Source of the DNA: Pirellulales bacterium
GTDB lineage: Bacteria; Planctomycetota; Planctomycetia; Pirellulales; PALSA-1355
Assembly (NCBI GenBank): GCA_963733035.1
Contig: CAVTBU010000005.1
Span: forward strand, 2,240,001 to 2,304,000
Direction of reading: 5' to 3'
Length of the DNA: 64,000 nucleotides
Made by a program: the position numbers and the translations under genes. The notes beneath the pieces were generated by a model. It searched no databases. It saw only the letters and a program-made list of their open reading frames with translations, and was not told the DNA's origin. Positions within the stretch are counted from its first letter, which is position 1; each line of letters opens with the position of its first letter. Below are positions 40,959 through 51,443 of the stretch, in pieces.

Positions 40959-41443
40959 CGGTCGATCTCCTGAAAAACGGGTCCACGCTCGCCCTCGCTC
41001 GGCACACCGAACGGGGAGAAAGCTGGGCGGTGTAGAATGAAGTGATGTTGGGTAACGCTGCGTGCGTGCGCCGCCAAGCCGGAGTGGTCGAGACTCGTGC
41101 CGCCCCCCTTTTTCCGGCTGAAATGCGTCCCTGATTGGCGCCTACCGTCCGTTCGGTAGAATGTACACTGAAATACACCCGTTGGGAAGAGTGGTGGGAG
41201 AATTGGAAGCCTGACCGTGGCCGGCGGAAGGGGGGAGAGACGTATCCCGGCACAAGCGAGTTCCGGGTTCAACGCCATCGTCCAGGGAATGCCTTCCCTG
41301 GGAACCGTTCCGACTCATCGGCCGTGCGCTGCTCCAATTCGCTCGCCACCGTCCCACCACGTATGCTGATAAGCGCGCTCAGCGGGCAAATCACTTCCAA
41401 CTCGGGCGCTTCGTTGGTCCAGGCAAAGCGAGGAGAACCCGTC

Positions 41444-43012
41444 ATGCTGAATCTGGCTATCGTTCTCTCGGAGAACGCACGCCGCAACCGGGACCGTACG
41501 GCTGTCATCTGCGACGACCGGCGGCTGACGTATGGCCAGCTCGAAGAGCAGACTAGTCGTCTGGCTGGCTCTCTGGTCAAGCTCGGTGTGCATCATGGTC
41601 AAAAAATGCTGATCATGCTGCCGAACATTCCCGAGTTTGTCGTCAGCTATTTCGGCATCCTCAAGCCGGGCGGCGTCGTGGTACCGATCAACATCCTCTA
41701 CAAGGACCGCGAGATCGAGTTCCTCCTCGAAGACAGTGAAGCCATCGGCATCATCGCCTGCACCGAGTATCTTAGCGAAGCACTCGAAGCCTTCCGCAAC
41801 GTCGACACCTGCAAACACTTGATCCTGGTTGATTATCCCGAAGCCGCGCCAGACATCAGCGACGCCGGCGTGCATCGGATCGAAGATCTAATTCGCGCCG
41901 GCGAGCCGGAATTCGAAATCGCTGCCACTTCGCCCGACGAAACCGCGGCGATCGGCTACACCAGTGGCACAACCGGCAAGCCCAAGGGTGCCGAGCTCTC
42001 GCACTTCAATTTATTCTATCAAGCCCGCGTGCTGCCGATGCTGAGCACCGAGGTGCCGCGTGAAAGCGACGTGCGGATGGCCGTGTTGCCGCTGTTCCAT
42101 TCGTATGGTCAGTCGTGCGTGATGAACACGGTATTGGCAATGGCCAGCACGCTGACGCTGATGCCGCGATTTGATCCGGCCAAGGCGATGGAAATCATTC
42201 AACGCGACAAAGTGACGCACTTCGCCGCCGTGCCGACGATGTATCAGGCCATGTTGCATCACCCCGAGCGATCGAAGTACGACTTGAGTTCTCTCCGCGT
42301 CTGCAACAGCGGTGGGGCGCCGATCGCCATCGAAACGCTCCAGCAGTGGCGAACGGACTACGACTTTCATATTCGCGAGGGGTATGGACTGACTGAAACG
42401 TCTCCGACGGCCACTTGGAGCCAGGATCCAGTCGTGCCGCGCACGGGCTCCTGCGGCCAGCCAATTTGGGGCTGCCAAATAAAGATCGTCGACGACGACG
42501 GCAAGACGCTTCCACCGGGCAAAGATGGCGACGTGCTGATTCGCGGCGTCAATGTCATGAAAGGTTACTACAAGCAGCCCGAGGCGACCGCCCAGGTAAT
42601 CGAAAACGGCTGGTTTAATAGCGGCGATATCGGCCATCTCGACGAGGACGGCTACCTGTACATCGTGAGTCGCAAAAAAGACATGATCCTGCGGGGCGGC
42701 TACAACATCTATCCCCGCGAGATCGAGGAATTACTCTACGAACATCCCGCTGTGGCCGAAGCGGCCGTCGTCGGAGTGAAGCACGAAGAGTTGGGTGAAG
42801 AAGTGAAAGCCGTGATCTATCTCAAACCCGGCTCGCACGCCACCGAAGCCGAACTACAAGCCTACTGCAAGGAACGGATCGCGGCCTTCAAGTACCCACG
42901 AATCATCGAAATTCGCGACCAGCCGCTGCCGAAGGGCCCCTCGGCCAAAATCCTCAAGCGCGAACTGATCGACCAACACGAACGAGCAAGGACGGCGACG
43001 GCGCACACTTGA
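41444..43012 (+). CDS. Long-chain fatty acid--CoA ligase
   Basis: YTSGTTGKPKG, EGYGLTE, SGDIG, RKKDMILRGGYNIYPREIE; GGAG RBS before ATG 41444. Confidence 0.92.
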   Translation: MLNLAIVLSENARRNRDRTAVICDDRRLTYGQLEEQTSRLAGSLVKLGVHHGQKMLIMLPNIPEFVVSYFGILKPGGVVVPINILYKDREIEFLLEDSEAIGIIACTEYLSEALEAFRNVDTCKHLILVDYPEAAPDISDAGVHRIEDLIRAGEPEFEIAATSPDETAAIGYTSGTTGKPKGAELSHFNLFYQARVLPMLSTEVPRESDVRMAVLPLFHSYGQSCVMNTVLAMASTLTLMPRFDPAKAMEIIQRDKVTHFAAVPTMYQAMLHHPERSKYDLSSLRVCNSGGAPIAIETLQQWRTDYDFHIREGYGLTETSPTATWSQDPVVPRTGSCGQPIWGCQIKIVDDDGKTLPPGKDGDVLIRGVNVMKGYYKQPEATAQVIENGWFNSGDIGHLDEDGYLYIVSRKKDMILRGGYNIYPREIEELLYEHPAVAEAAVVGVKHEELGEEVKAVIYLKPGSHATEAELQAYCKERIAAFKYPRIIEIRDQPLPKGPSAKILKRELIDQHERARTATAHT

Positions 43013-43103
43013 GTGAAGGAAAGTGAAGGAAAAACACGCACGACACAGGCCGCGATTGTCTCTCGGACCAAACCTTCAACTAATGAACTAGGAGCAGCCA
43101 GCG

Positions 43104-43937
43104 ATGGCCTATTCGGAAATTCTGTACGACGTGTCGGATCGCGTGGCCATGGTGACGCTCAATCGGCCCGATAAACTCAATGCCTGGACGGCGACGATGG
43201 AAGCCGAGGTCCAACAAGCGATGCTCGGTGCCGATAAGGACGAGAACGTGCGGGTGATCGTGCTCACCGGAGCCGGCCGTGGCTTTTGTGCCGGAGCCGA
43301 CATGGGAAGTCTCGACAGCATGGCCAAGACCGGCGATCCGGCCACGGCCGTCAATCGCCTGCGCGAAAAGTTTGTCGGGCCCAAGATCGAGGGTGCCCGC
43401 CCTGATTTTCAGAAGACGTACAGCTATTTTCCCGCGCTCGACAAACCGGTCATTGGCGCCGTCAACGGCGCGGCCGCCGGACTCGGCTTCGTGATCTCCT
43501 TGTACTGTGACTTGCGCTTTGCGTCGGACAAAGCGAAATTCAGCACGGCGTTTTCGCGCCGCGGTCTGATCGCCGAGTATGGCATGAGCTGGATGTTGCC
43601 GCGGCTGATCGGCGTCGCCAATGCACTCGATTTGCTCTACTCGGCACGGTTGATTGACGCGACCGAAGCCGAGCGCATGGGCTTGGTTAGCCGTGTGATT
43701 CCGCAGGAACAGTTTGGCGATGAGGTGCGTAAATACGCTGTCGAACTGGCCACCGCCTGCTCGCCTCGCTCGCTGCGCGTGATGAAGCGGCAAGTATACA
43801 ATGCCTTGTTTTCCAGCCTGGGCGAGGCGATCGACGCGGCCGGCGAGGAGATGATCGCCAGTCTGCAGTGCGAAGATTTCAAAGAAGGGGTGGCCCATTT
43901 CCTGGAAAAACGGCCCCCTCATTTCACCGGAAAGTAA
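43104..43937 (+). CDS. Enoyl-CoA hydratase/isomerase family protein
   Basis: LNRPDKLNA, FCAGADM, NGAAAG.G, FLEKRPPHFTG. Confidence 0.92.
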   Translation: MAYSEILYDVSDRVAMVTLNRPDKLNAWTATMEAEVQQAMLGADKDENVRVIVLTGAGRGFCAGADMGSLDSMAKTGDPATAVNRLREKFVGPKIEGARPDFQKTYSYFPALDKPVIGAVNGAAAGLGFVISLYCDLRFASDKAKFSTAFSRRGLIAEYGMSWMLPRLIGVANALDLLYSARLIDATEAERMGLVSRVIPQEQFGDEVRKYAVELATACSPRSLRVMKRQVYNALFSSLGEAIDAAGEEMIASLQCEDFKEGVAHFLEKRPPHFTGK

Positions 43938-44896
43938 TGCACGTGGAACAAAATGCGTATGCGCCGGTCTTGCACATCGGAATTCCCAACCCGATGTTCG
44001 AAGGCGAGTTGAACCTGTACGTCATTGCTGGCGATCCGCTGACGCTCGTCGATACCGGTATCGGCACGCCCGAGGCGCTGGTGGCGCTCGAAGCGGGGTT
44101 GGCCTCGCATGGGCTGGCGTTGGAGGACGTGAAGCAGGTGTTGCTCACGCACAAGCACGCCGATCATATCGGCCTCGCCGCTGACGTGCGAGACCGCTCG
44201 GGCGCGACGGTCTACGTGCATGAAGACGACTGGCCAGGCGTGGCCGACCTGGATCGCCGCCACGAGGAATTCCTTCCCTTGGTCATCAAGCGGATGAATT
44301 TGGCCCGCGTGCCGCAGGAAGAGATCGACAAACTTGTCAAGTTTCTTAGCCACGGCAAGCGTTTCGCGCGTCAGACCGTGGCCGAAAAGTTGCGCGACGG
44401 CGATACGTTCGAGATCAGCGGCCAAACGCTCGAGGTGATTCACACGCCAGGACACACTCAAGGGTGCGTGTGTTTCCGCTATGGGCGGCACCTATTCACC
44501 GGTGATCATGTCTTGCCGACCATTTCGCCCAACATCGGCGCCGGCGAACTGCGCCGCACTGGCATGATGCAACGCTTCCTCGACGCGCTCGAGCGGATCG
44601 CCACGTATCAGTCCGACGATCTGGTGGCCCTGCCGGGGCATGGGCCGGCCTTCTCAAATCTGGCCGAGCGATGCGGAGAACTGCGGCAGCATCATCTCGA
44701 CCGTGAAGAGACGATTCTCAATGTCCTGCGAGAACGTGGCGAGCCGATGACGATCTACGAGATCTCCCAGACACTGTGGGCGAAGCTACCGGGTTACCAC
44801 CTGGCGCTCGGCACGTCGGAAGTGAATTCCCACCTGGAAAAGGCCGTTGCAGACGGTCGCGCGACGCATGATGATGGGCGATTTTCTCTCGTTTGA
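43937..44896 (+). CDS. MBL-fold metallo-hydrolase with C-terminal winged helix
   Basis: THKHADH, TPGHT, GDHVLP.ISPN, LPGHG; start overlaps the upstream stop. Confidence 0.85.
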   Translation: MHVEQNAYAPVLHIGIPNPMFEGELNLYVIAGDPLTLVDTGIGTPEALVALEAGLASHGLALEDVKQVLLTHKHADHIGLAADVRDRSGATVYVHEDDWPGVADLDRRHEEFLPLVIKRMNLARVPQEEIDKLVKFLSHGKRFARQTVAEKLRDGDTFEISGQTLEVIHTPGHTQGCVCFRYGRHLFTGDHVLPTISPNIGAGELRRTGMMQRFLDALERIATYQSDDLVALPGHGPAFSNLAERCGELRQHHLDREETILNVLRERGEPMTIYEISQTLWAKLPGYHLALGTSEVNSHLEKAVADGRATHDDGRFSLV

Positions 44897-44937
44897 CAAC
44901 GCTCCAGGCAAACTTTCGCGCGCGGGAAATCAAACTT

Positions 44938-46203
44938 ATGGCGTCTCGCAAACCATCGACGATCGACCGACGTGGCTTCCTGAAAGCTCTCGCGGCGGCG
45001 GGCATGGGTAGCTCCGCTCTCGCCAAGCATGCCTTCGCCGCGAAAATGATGCCCCCGGTGCGCGCGATTACGCGCGGCCCAAAGCATCACTGGTTCGGCT
45101 ACTACGATAAGCTCGAGTTTGACCCGCGCGACCAACTGGTTCTGGGGATGGAGGTCGAGTTCGAGCACCGTTCGCCCCGTGTGGACGATGCGATCAAAGT
45201 CGGAATGGTCGACACGAGCGACGGCGATCGCTGGATCGAGCTCGGCCAGAGCACTGCCTGGGGATGGCAACAGGGTTGCATGCTGCAGTGGATTCCCGGC
45301 TCAAAGTCGTCGATCCTGTGGAACGACCGCCAAGGCGATCGCTACGTGTGTCGCGTGTTGGATGTTGCCACGAGGGAGCAACACACGATTGACATGCCGA
45401 TCTACGCGCTTAGCCCGGATGGCCGCACGGGCATCTCGGCCGACTTCCGCCGCATCAACGACGTGCGCCCCGGCTATGGCTACGCCGGACTTGCCGACCC
45501 GTACGCCGACGAACTGGCACCTGGCGGCTCGGGCATTTGGCGCATCGATTTGACCAGCGGAAAGTCCGAATTGATCGTCTCGATCGCCGATGTCGCGGCG
45601 TTTGGCAAGTTACCCGGCAGCGACGCGCGCGACGCGAAGCACTACTTCAACCATTTGCTGTTCAGCCCCAATGGCTCGCGGTTTATCTTTTTGCATCGCT
45701 GGCGATATCCCGATGGCAGCCGAAAAACACGAATGCTCACGGCTGCATCCGACGGCAGCGAGTTGCGAATTATCGACGACAACGGCCTGACGTCGCACTT
45801 CATCTGGCGCGATCCGACGCATATCCTGGCGTATTCCGAGCAACCGTCACACGGCCGCCGCTTCTATCTGTTCGAAGATGCCCAAGGCGGATCGATCGAA
45901 GTCGTCGGTGGCGACCAGCTCACGGTCGATGGTCACTGCACGTACCTGCCCGGCAGCAAATGGATTCTCAACGACACCTATCCCGACGGCGAACGGAAGC
46001 AACACCCGCATTTGTTCGAGATTTCCAGCGGTCGCGTCGTTCCGCTGGGAGCGTTTGTCTCGCCTGCTGAATACACCGGCGAATGGCGGTGCGATACGCA
46101 TCCCCGATCGAGCCGCAGCGGTAAGCTGGTGTGCATCGACTCCCCGCACGCCGACCAGGGGCGCCAACTGCATCTGATCGACATTAGCGAAATCGTGGGC
46201 TAG
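44938..46203 (+). CDS. Tat-exported beta-propeller protein (oligogalacturonate lyase/TolB-like)
   Basis: Twin-arginine DRRGFLK; HHWFGYYD, WQQG, FSPNG, DTHP repeats. Confidence 0.7.
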   Translation: MASRKPSTIDRRGFLKALAAAGMGSSALAKHAFAAKMMPPVRAITRGPKHHWFGYYDKLEFDPRDQLVLGMEVEFEHRSPRVDDAIKVGMVDTSDGDRWIELGQSTAWGWQQGCMLQWIPGSKSSILWNDRQGDRYVCRVLDVATREQHTIDMPIYALSPDGRTGISADFRRINDVRPGYGYAGLADPYADELAPGGSGIWRIDLTSGKSELIVSIADVAAFGKLPGSDARDAKHYFNHLLFSPNGSRFIFLHRWRYPDGSRKTRMLTAASDGSELRIIDDNGLTSHFIWRDPTHILAYSEQPSHGRRFYLFEDAQGGSIEVVGGDQLTVDGHCTYLPGSKWILNDTYPDGERKQHPHLFEISSGRVVPLGAFVSPAEYTGEWRCDTHPRSSRSGKLVCIDSPHADQGRQLHLIDISEIVG

Positions 46204-47453
46204 CGCCACGCCGCGGGGAGCGACGTCCAGTGGTTGGCGAGCGCAGCCAGGGCCTGGTCGATGGGCAGAGCCCGCCAGCGGTCGCCGTTTTGACGGGCAA
46301 TTTGCAGCCGCTCGAGTTTGTCGATCGCGTCGTCGATTTCGAAGTCGACCGCCTGTTCGGCCTCCGTCAACAGCCAGGCTTCCACTAGTTTATCGAGTTC
46401 CGCCGCCGTGAGGCCTTCGGGCGTTGCGTCCTGCCAGAGGAAGAAATAGGCCAGCATCACCTCGCGGCTTTCCTGCTCGGCAGCTTCGTCGAGCAAGCGA
46501 TGGATGACGCCGGCGTTGTTGTCGATGTTCTGATAGTACAGGCTCTGAGTCAGGTTGAGTTGATACTTCTGCTTGGTATTCAAATAGCCGTAGAGCGATC
46601 GAACACCGTAGCCGACTGTGCCACCAATGAGGCCCAGAAATGCCAGAGTCGAGCCCAACGCCACGGTTGCCACCCACACGATCTTATAAAGCGCAATGGC
46701 AATGCCCGACAATGTCGGCAGCATGACTCGCGCGCGATCGAAGAGCGACATCTTGACCTCTGAGCCCGGTAGCAGCATGTCGAGGTCGAGTTTGGGGATG
46801 TCCTTGAACAGTTTCAGATAGACGTCGCGCGTATCGAGCAGCTTGGAATATTTCTGACCAGGCCGCAAGCGGAAGATGATCACTAACCGCTGATAGATCG
46901 GAACCTCGACCGCTTCACTCCGAAATCGATTGCGCAAACGGCGGCGGAAGCGCGTGCCGATGCGGTCGCCGCGATAGTACAGCTCCAGCCGATCAAACAG
47001 CGAAAAGTCGACGGTCAACAACAGACCCCAGTGGCTGCGAGTGTTAAGCGCCAGGTTGATTTCGTCTTCGGCCAACCGATGGAAGTTGGCCCGCTCGAGC
47101 AACCGGGTGAAACGATCGAAGAGCACACCGCGCAATTCGTCGCGGCGGGCTTCCGTGAGTGCCTCGCCTTCGCGAGTATCCGCATCGGGATCGAACGGCG
47201 CGTACGCGGCCTTGAGGTCTTCGAGCGTGGCCTGCAATTGGCAATGGATGAGCAGCTGCAGCAGCCCGCAGAAACGGTTGAAAGCTTCGGAATCTTCGGA
47301 CGACAGGCCTGGCGTGCGAACAAGCGTGGCCCCCAAATCGACTTTCCGCAGCGGAATGAACGCCTCGGCCCGGCCTCCAGGCGAGGTCGCACCGTCCGAA
47401 TTGCGGTGCGAGCGATCGTTCGCGTCGGAAGACGGATTGTTCAGTGTCGCCAT
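46200..47453 (-). CDS. DUF3754 / TMEM143 family protein
   Basis: LKLFKDIPKLDLDMLLP, LYYQNIDNNAGV, VDFEIDDAIDKL. Confidence 0.85.
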   Translation of the reverse strand: MATLNNPSSDANDRSHRNSDGATSPGGRAEAFIPLRKVDLGATLVRTPGLSSEDSEAFNRFCGLLQLLIHCQLQATLEDLKAAYAPFDPDADTREGEALTEARRDELRGVLFDRFTRLLERANFHRLAEDEINLALNTRSHWGLLLTVDFSLFDRLELYYRGDRIGTRFRRRLRNRFRSEAVEVPIYQRLVIIFRLRPGQKYSKLLDTRDVYLKLFKDIPKLDLDMLLPGSEVKMSLFDRARVMLPTLSGIAIALYKIVWVATVALGSTLAFLGLIGGTVGYGVRSLYGYLNTKQKYQLNLTQSLYYQNIDNNAGVIHRLLDEAAEQESREVMLAYFFLWQDATPEGLTAAELDKLVEAWLLTEAEQAVDFEIDDAIDKLERLQIARQNGDRWRALPIDQALAALANHWTSLPAAWR

Positions 47454-47664
47454 TTTGGGGCTTTCGACAGCGAAGTGCGCGGTAATCTGCCGATTGGCTC
47501 AGCAGAGCGGGGCTTGTGCCCCTGCCAATTGTAGCCGAGCGCCACCGCGGCCTGAACTGCTCGCCTGGCGCCCCGCCCGCTCGATTCGACTATGATGAAG
47601 CCGGCCACGTTTTTCACCCGTGCAACCACCGAGTTCCCTCTGGCACACAGCAGCGAGCGGTACC

Positions 47665-48404
47665 ATGTGCGATCCATCTCGAAAGTCCAATTGCCCAATT
47701 CAGTTTCGCTCGCTGGTGAGTGCGCTCGTCATGCTCGCCAGTGCGGCAATGGCCGGCGCTCAGGATTCGTCGACCGACGAGGAACTTCCCCCGGCAAAGC
47801 CGAAATACATGGGCGCGAGATCGCCCAGACAATGCACTACCTGGGGGCCCCCTGGTTGATGCGCGAGTCGCGACAGCGCGAGGAGGATTGCGAAACGCTG
47901 CTCAAAGCCCTGAACGTGAAACCGGGGCAAGTGGCCTGCGATATCGGTTGTGGCAACGGCTTCTACACGCTCCAACTCGCGAAGCTGGTTGGCGAAAACG
48001 GCAAGGTGTTGGCCGTCGATATTCAGCCCGAAATGTTGCATATGCTGAGCGAGCGCGCCCGCGACGAGGGCATCACGAATATCGAGCCGATTCACGGCAC
48101 GCAAATCGACCCCCGGCTGGAGCCGGAAAGCGTCGATCTGATTTTGTTGGTCGATGTGTACCACGAATTCTCCCATCCCAAGCAAATGCTGGCCGCGATG
48201 CGAAAGGCACTTAAGCCCGGGGGCCGCATTGCTCTGGCGGAATTTCGGATGGAAGATCGTAGCGTGCCGATCAAGAGGCTGCACAAGATGAGCAAGAAAC
48301 AGATCCTACGCGAATACAACGCCAACGATCTGAAGTTGGTGGAACAGTTCGACGAACTCCCTTGGCAGCATTTGATGTTCTTCGAGCGAGGAGGCCAGCC
48401 GTAA
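47665..48404 (+). CDS. Exported class I SAM-dependent methyltransferase (apparent frameshift ~47812)
   Basis: Signal-like N-terminus ...KYMG joins REIAQTMHYLGAPWL; DIGCGNG, AVDIQ, VDVYHEF. Confidence 0.85.
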
Positions 48405-48731
48405 ACTGAATACTGTCAGCAGTTTACTAGCGTCACGGGGTCCGACGGCCGCGTCGCCACGTTGGCGCCGTCCGGAATAAACCGGACGTTTTCTGTAGAA
48501 AACTTGCGAGACCGTGCAATCAGTGGCGCTGAAGTTGCGTCTATTCGGGCCCCCAACTAGAATAAATCGCGTGCATTGGAGCCGGTTTTGCCGCTAATCC
48601 TTAACGGGTCAAGAGTTGCTAATGAAGAGGATTGTGATGTTTCAGTTGGTCGCACGGGCGGCTTTCTGAACATCTAATGATCGGGCTGACGCTTGGGCAA
48701 GGCGACAGTCCATTAAGGTGTCGTGACAAAT

Positions 48732-49762
48732 ATGTCTACTCACTCGTCGATAGTCCCCAGTATCGACCCGGCTAACCGTTCCCTCCTAGCGCCGTCAGAC
48801 TGGGTACTTGGGCAGAATCTGGCAATCCGCCAAATTGTGCGCCATGCCCAGCGCGCGGCACAAGCCGATTGCACCGTGCTTGTCTCTGGCGAAACCGGAA
48901 CCGGAAAAGAACTCTGGGGCCGGCTGATTCACGATGTTGGACCGCGCAAGTAAGCCCTTCATTCCTGTCAATTGCGCCGCCCTGACGGTCACGCTCGCCG
49001 AGAGTCAACTTTTCGGTCACGAACGAGGTGCATTTACGGGCGCAGCGGGCCGATCGCTAGGCGTGTTCCGATCGGCCGAAGGCGGGACGGTGTTTCTCGA
49101 TGAAGTCGGCGAAATGCCGCTGGAATTGCAGCCCAAGCTACTGCGCGTACTTCAGCAGCGCGAAGTGACGCCCGTTGGCGCCTGCGCACCCCGTCGAAAT
49201 CAACGTCCAAATCATCGCGGCCACGAATCGCGACTTGGACGAAGAAGTTGCGGAAGGCCGGTTTCGCGAAGATCTTTTCTACCGCCTGAACATGGTCGAA
49301 CTACGAGTTCCAGCCCTGCGCGATCGCGTGGAGGATATTCCCGAATTCGTCGATTTCTTTTCGCGACAGTGTGCCGAGCGATATGGCCGGCCGCTCTGGA
49401 AGCCCGACCCCGAGACACTCAAACGCTTCTGCGAGTTCCCCTGGCCGGGCAATGTGCGGCAATTGTCGCACGTTATTGAGCAATCTTACGTACTCGACTG
49501 TACCCCAATTCTGCCCCATGCCGAGCCGGCCGCTGCCAGCGACGCGACGCTGCCGTTCATGGATCTCAACCGGCTCCGCAATGCTGCTATCTACCAGGCC
49601 CTGGAGACCACCCGGGGCCACAAAGGTCGAGCCGCCAAATTGCTGGGAATTCACGCCAACACGCTTACCCGCATGCTGGCCCAGTTGGAGACCGAGAAGC
49701 CGGGCACCTTGAAGTCGTGGCGGCGGAGCACGAATCCACGACGTCCATCCAAGCCCCGCTAA
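48732..49762 (+). CDS. sigma54-dependent activator (AAA+ and Fis HTH) lacking an N-terminal sensory domain (apparent frameshifts ~48948 and ~49183)
   Basis: [62 protein letters not shown] across three joined ORFs; only ~20 aa precede the AAA+ domain. Confidence 0.9.
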
Positions 49763-50079
49763 GCAAGTCCTCCGCAGGCGAACGGCGGACATACCCGGCT
49801 TGGACCCGCGCCCCATTGGCGAAGCGGACCACCGCGTGGCAGGCATCGCCATCGCTCCCTCCAAATTTCCCCGTCCAGGATTGGGACGATTGTCTGGAAT
49901 CTGGCGCCGTTCTCTTGCCCAGTGCGTTGACGCCCAGAGCGCAATGACTGCTGCTAGCGGGACCGTGCCAGGGCGCTACTGGTCCTGAACGACGCTTCCC
50001 AGGAGCTGTTTGGGCCCACGAAAGCGAGTCCTTCGCGCAAAGTTCAGGCGGATTTGGATTGCGAAACCAGGCCGCATGC

Positions 50080-50190
50080 ACCTTCACCATTTAGGTGAAG
50101 GTTCCTCAAGTTGGTGACGAACCATGGAAGTCGTCCTGCTTGGGCAAGTTGCGGCCACAACCGGCCGCGACTTTCACACAAACGGTGAAA
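50080..50190. promoter_or_regulatory. Two enhancer-like palindromes (putative activator binding sites)
   Basis: ACCTTCACC-ATTTA-GGTGAAGGT (50080-50102) and TTTCAC-ACAAACG-GTGAAA (50172-50190); both are TTCAC-N7-GTGAA. Confidence 0.65.
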
Positions 50191-50300
50191 TCCGCGCTGT
50201 TGTGTAAGCGTGCGCGTAACTACCGTGGCGACAAAATTTTTGCGTTGATTTCACGCGGAAAACGCTAGCTCTCGGCAGTTTTTCGTTGGTCGCCTCGTAG

Positions 50301-50315
50301 TGGTACGCCGCTTGC
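50301..50315 (+). promoter_or_regulatory. sigma54 -24/-12 promoter
   Basis: TGGTAC-GCCGC-TTGC against consensus TGGCAC-N5-TTGC, with exact GG-N10-GC spacing. Confidence 0.75.
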
Positions 50316-50605
50316 CTTTCAACGGCCAAGGACTGAATCCCGGCGCATCGCGTGTACGGCTCGACCTCGGGGCCATTAGTCAGCGCGGTGGTGTTGCGGG
50401 ATATGTGCTCAAACGACATCACACGAATCGCAACACGAGAAGCAAGGGCAACCACACGGCGCTTTGGTGAAAACGGGCCGCACGGTGTCAAGTCGGAGGA
50501 CCCGGTCGGCGAGCAAGTCTGCGATCCGCTTGGCGGACTGTCGAGGGAATGGCAATCGAAACGGTCGGAGGGATTCGGCGCACCAAGGTTAGCAACTCCT
50601 GAACG

Positions 50606-51145
50606 ATGATCTTCTCTCATTTCGATTGCAGAACACAACCCATGGCGCATCGCGACTTGAACACGTTGAGTGTGCGGGAACAAGTACAGCACAAGTACGC
50701 TCGCCGCGCAGCGAAGCTCGTCAACGTTTTCCAGTGCTTGATCGTGTCGGCCGACCCGCAACGCCGACGGATGCTGGAACGAGCTGCGGCTGACAGCGGG
50801 TGGAAAACTTTTGTGTGCCCGGACGCTTCGGCGGCACTGGTGCACGTGAACCGCTGGCTCGTTCAGTTGGCGGTCGTGGATTTACAGGAGCAATCGCCGG
50901 AAGCCTTTCGACCGCTGGTCGAGCAGCTTACGGCACGCAAGGGATTGCTGTCGATCGTATGCGGCAACGACGCAAACGTCGACGAAGAGATTTGGGTGCG
51001 GCAGCGTGGTGCCTGGATGTACCTGCCCGGCGTCGCCGACACCAGCAACGTCAGCCTGCTTTGCGGCGAGGCCAGACAAATCGCCGAGCGGTTGGACAAA
51101 AAGTCGGGCGAATCCGACCGTGAACCGGCCGTGCCGGTTGTCTGA
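50606..51145 (+). CDS. Stand-alone atypical receiver (CheY-like) domain protein
   Basis: CLIVSAD (b1), LAVVDL (b3 Asp), SIVCG (b4), GAWMYLPG (b5, conserved Lys absent). Start uncertain (50606 or 50642). Confidence 0.6.
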   Translation: MIFSHFDCRTQPMAHRDLNTLSVREQVQHKYARRAAKLVNVFQCLIVSADPQRRRMLERAAADSGWKTFVCPDASAALVHVNRWLVQLAVVDLQEQSPEAFRPLVEQLTARKGLLSIVCGNDANVDEEIWVRQRGAWMYLPGVADTSNVSLLCGEARQIAERLDKKSGESDREPAVPVV

Positions 51146-51227
51146 GTGAGTACCACCCCATTCGAGTTTGCAACGTTTCAGAGGCCCTAGTGAAACGGGG
51201 CACCGACCCCCAAGCGAGGAACGACAA

Positions 51228-51407
51228 ATGAACATGATCAACAGCAACTACGAAGAACAGGAATTCGAATACCGCGCAGATTTCGGCCGCCGGTCAACGA
51301 AGTCCAAAACTACCAAGGCTCGCAAGCTCCAGTACTCCCGCACCGGACGCGCGCCCACCAGCCACAACGGCATCCACCGTCGCCGCAACAAACGCTTCAG
51401 CTGGTAA
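51228..51407 (+). CDS. Small 59-aa protein with acidic N-terminus and Arg/Lys-rich C-terminus
   Basis: GAGGA RBS 7 nt before the ATG; MNMINSNYEEQEFEY...NGIHRRRNKRFSW. Confidence 0.7.
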   Translation: MNMINSNYEEQEFEYRADFGRRSTKSKTTKARKLQYSRTGRAPTSHNGIHRRRNKRFSW

Positions 51408-51443
51408 GCACCCGCGGTAACGATAACTCGCGATACTTTGCAC

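Noticed and set aside
49957..49970. Minus-strand sigma54 promoter TGGCACGGTCCCGC
   Set aside because: GG to GC spacing is 9 rather than 10, TT is missing, and no clear downstream gene.
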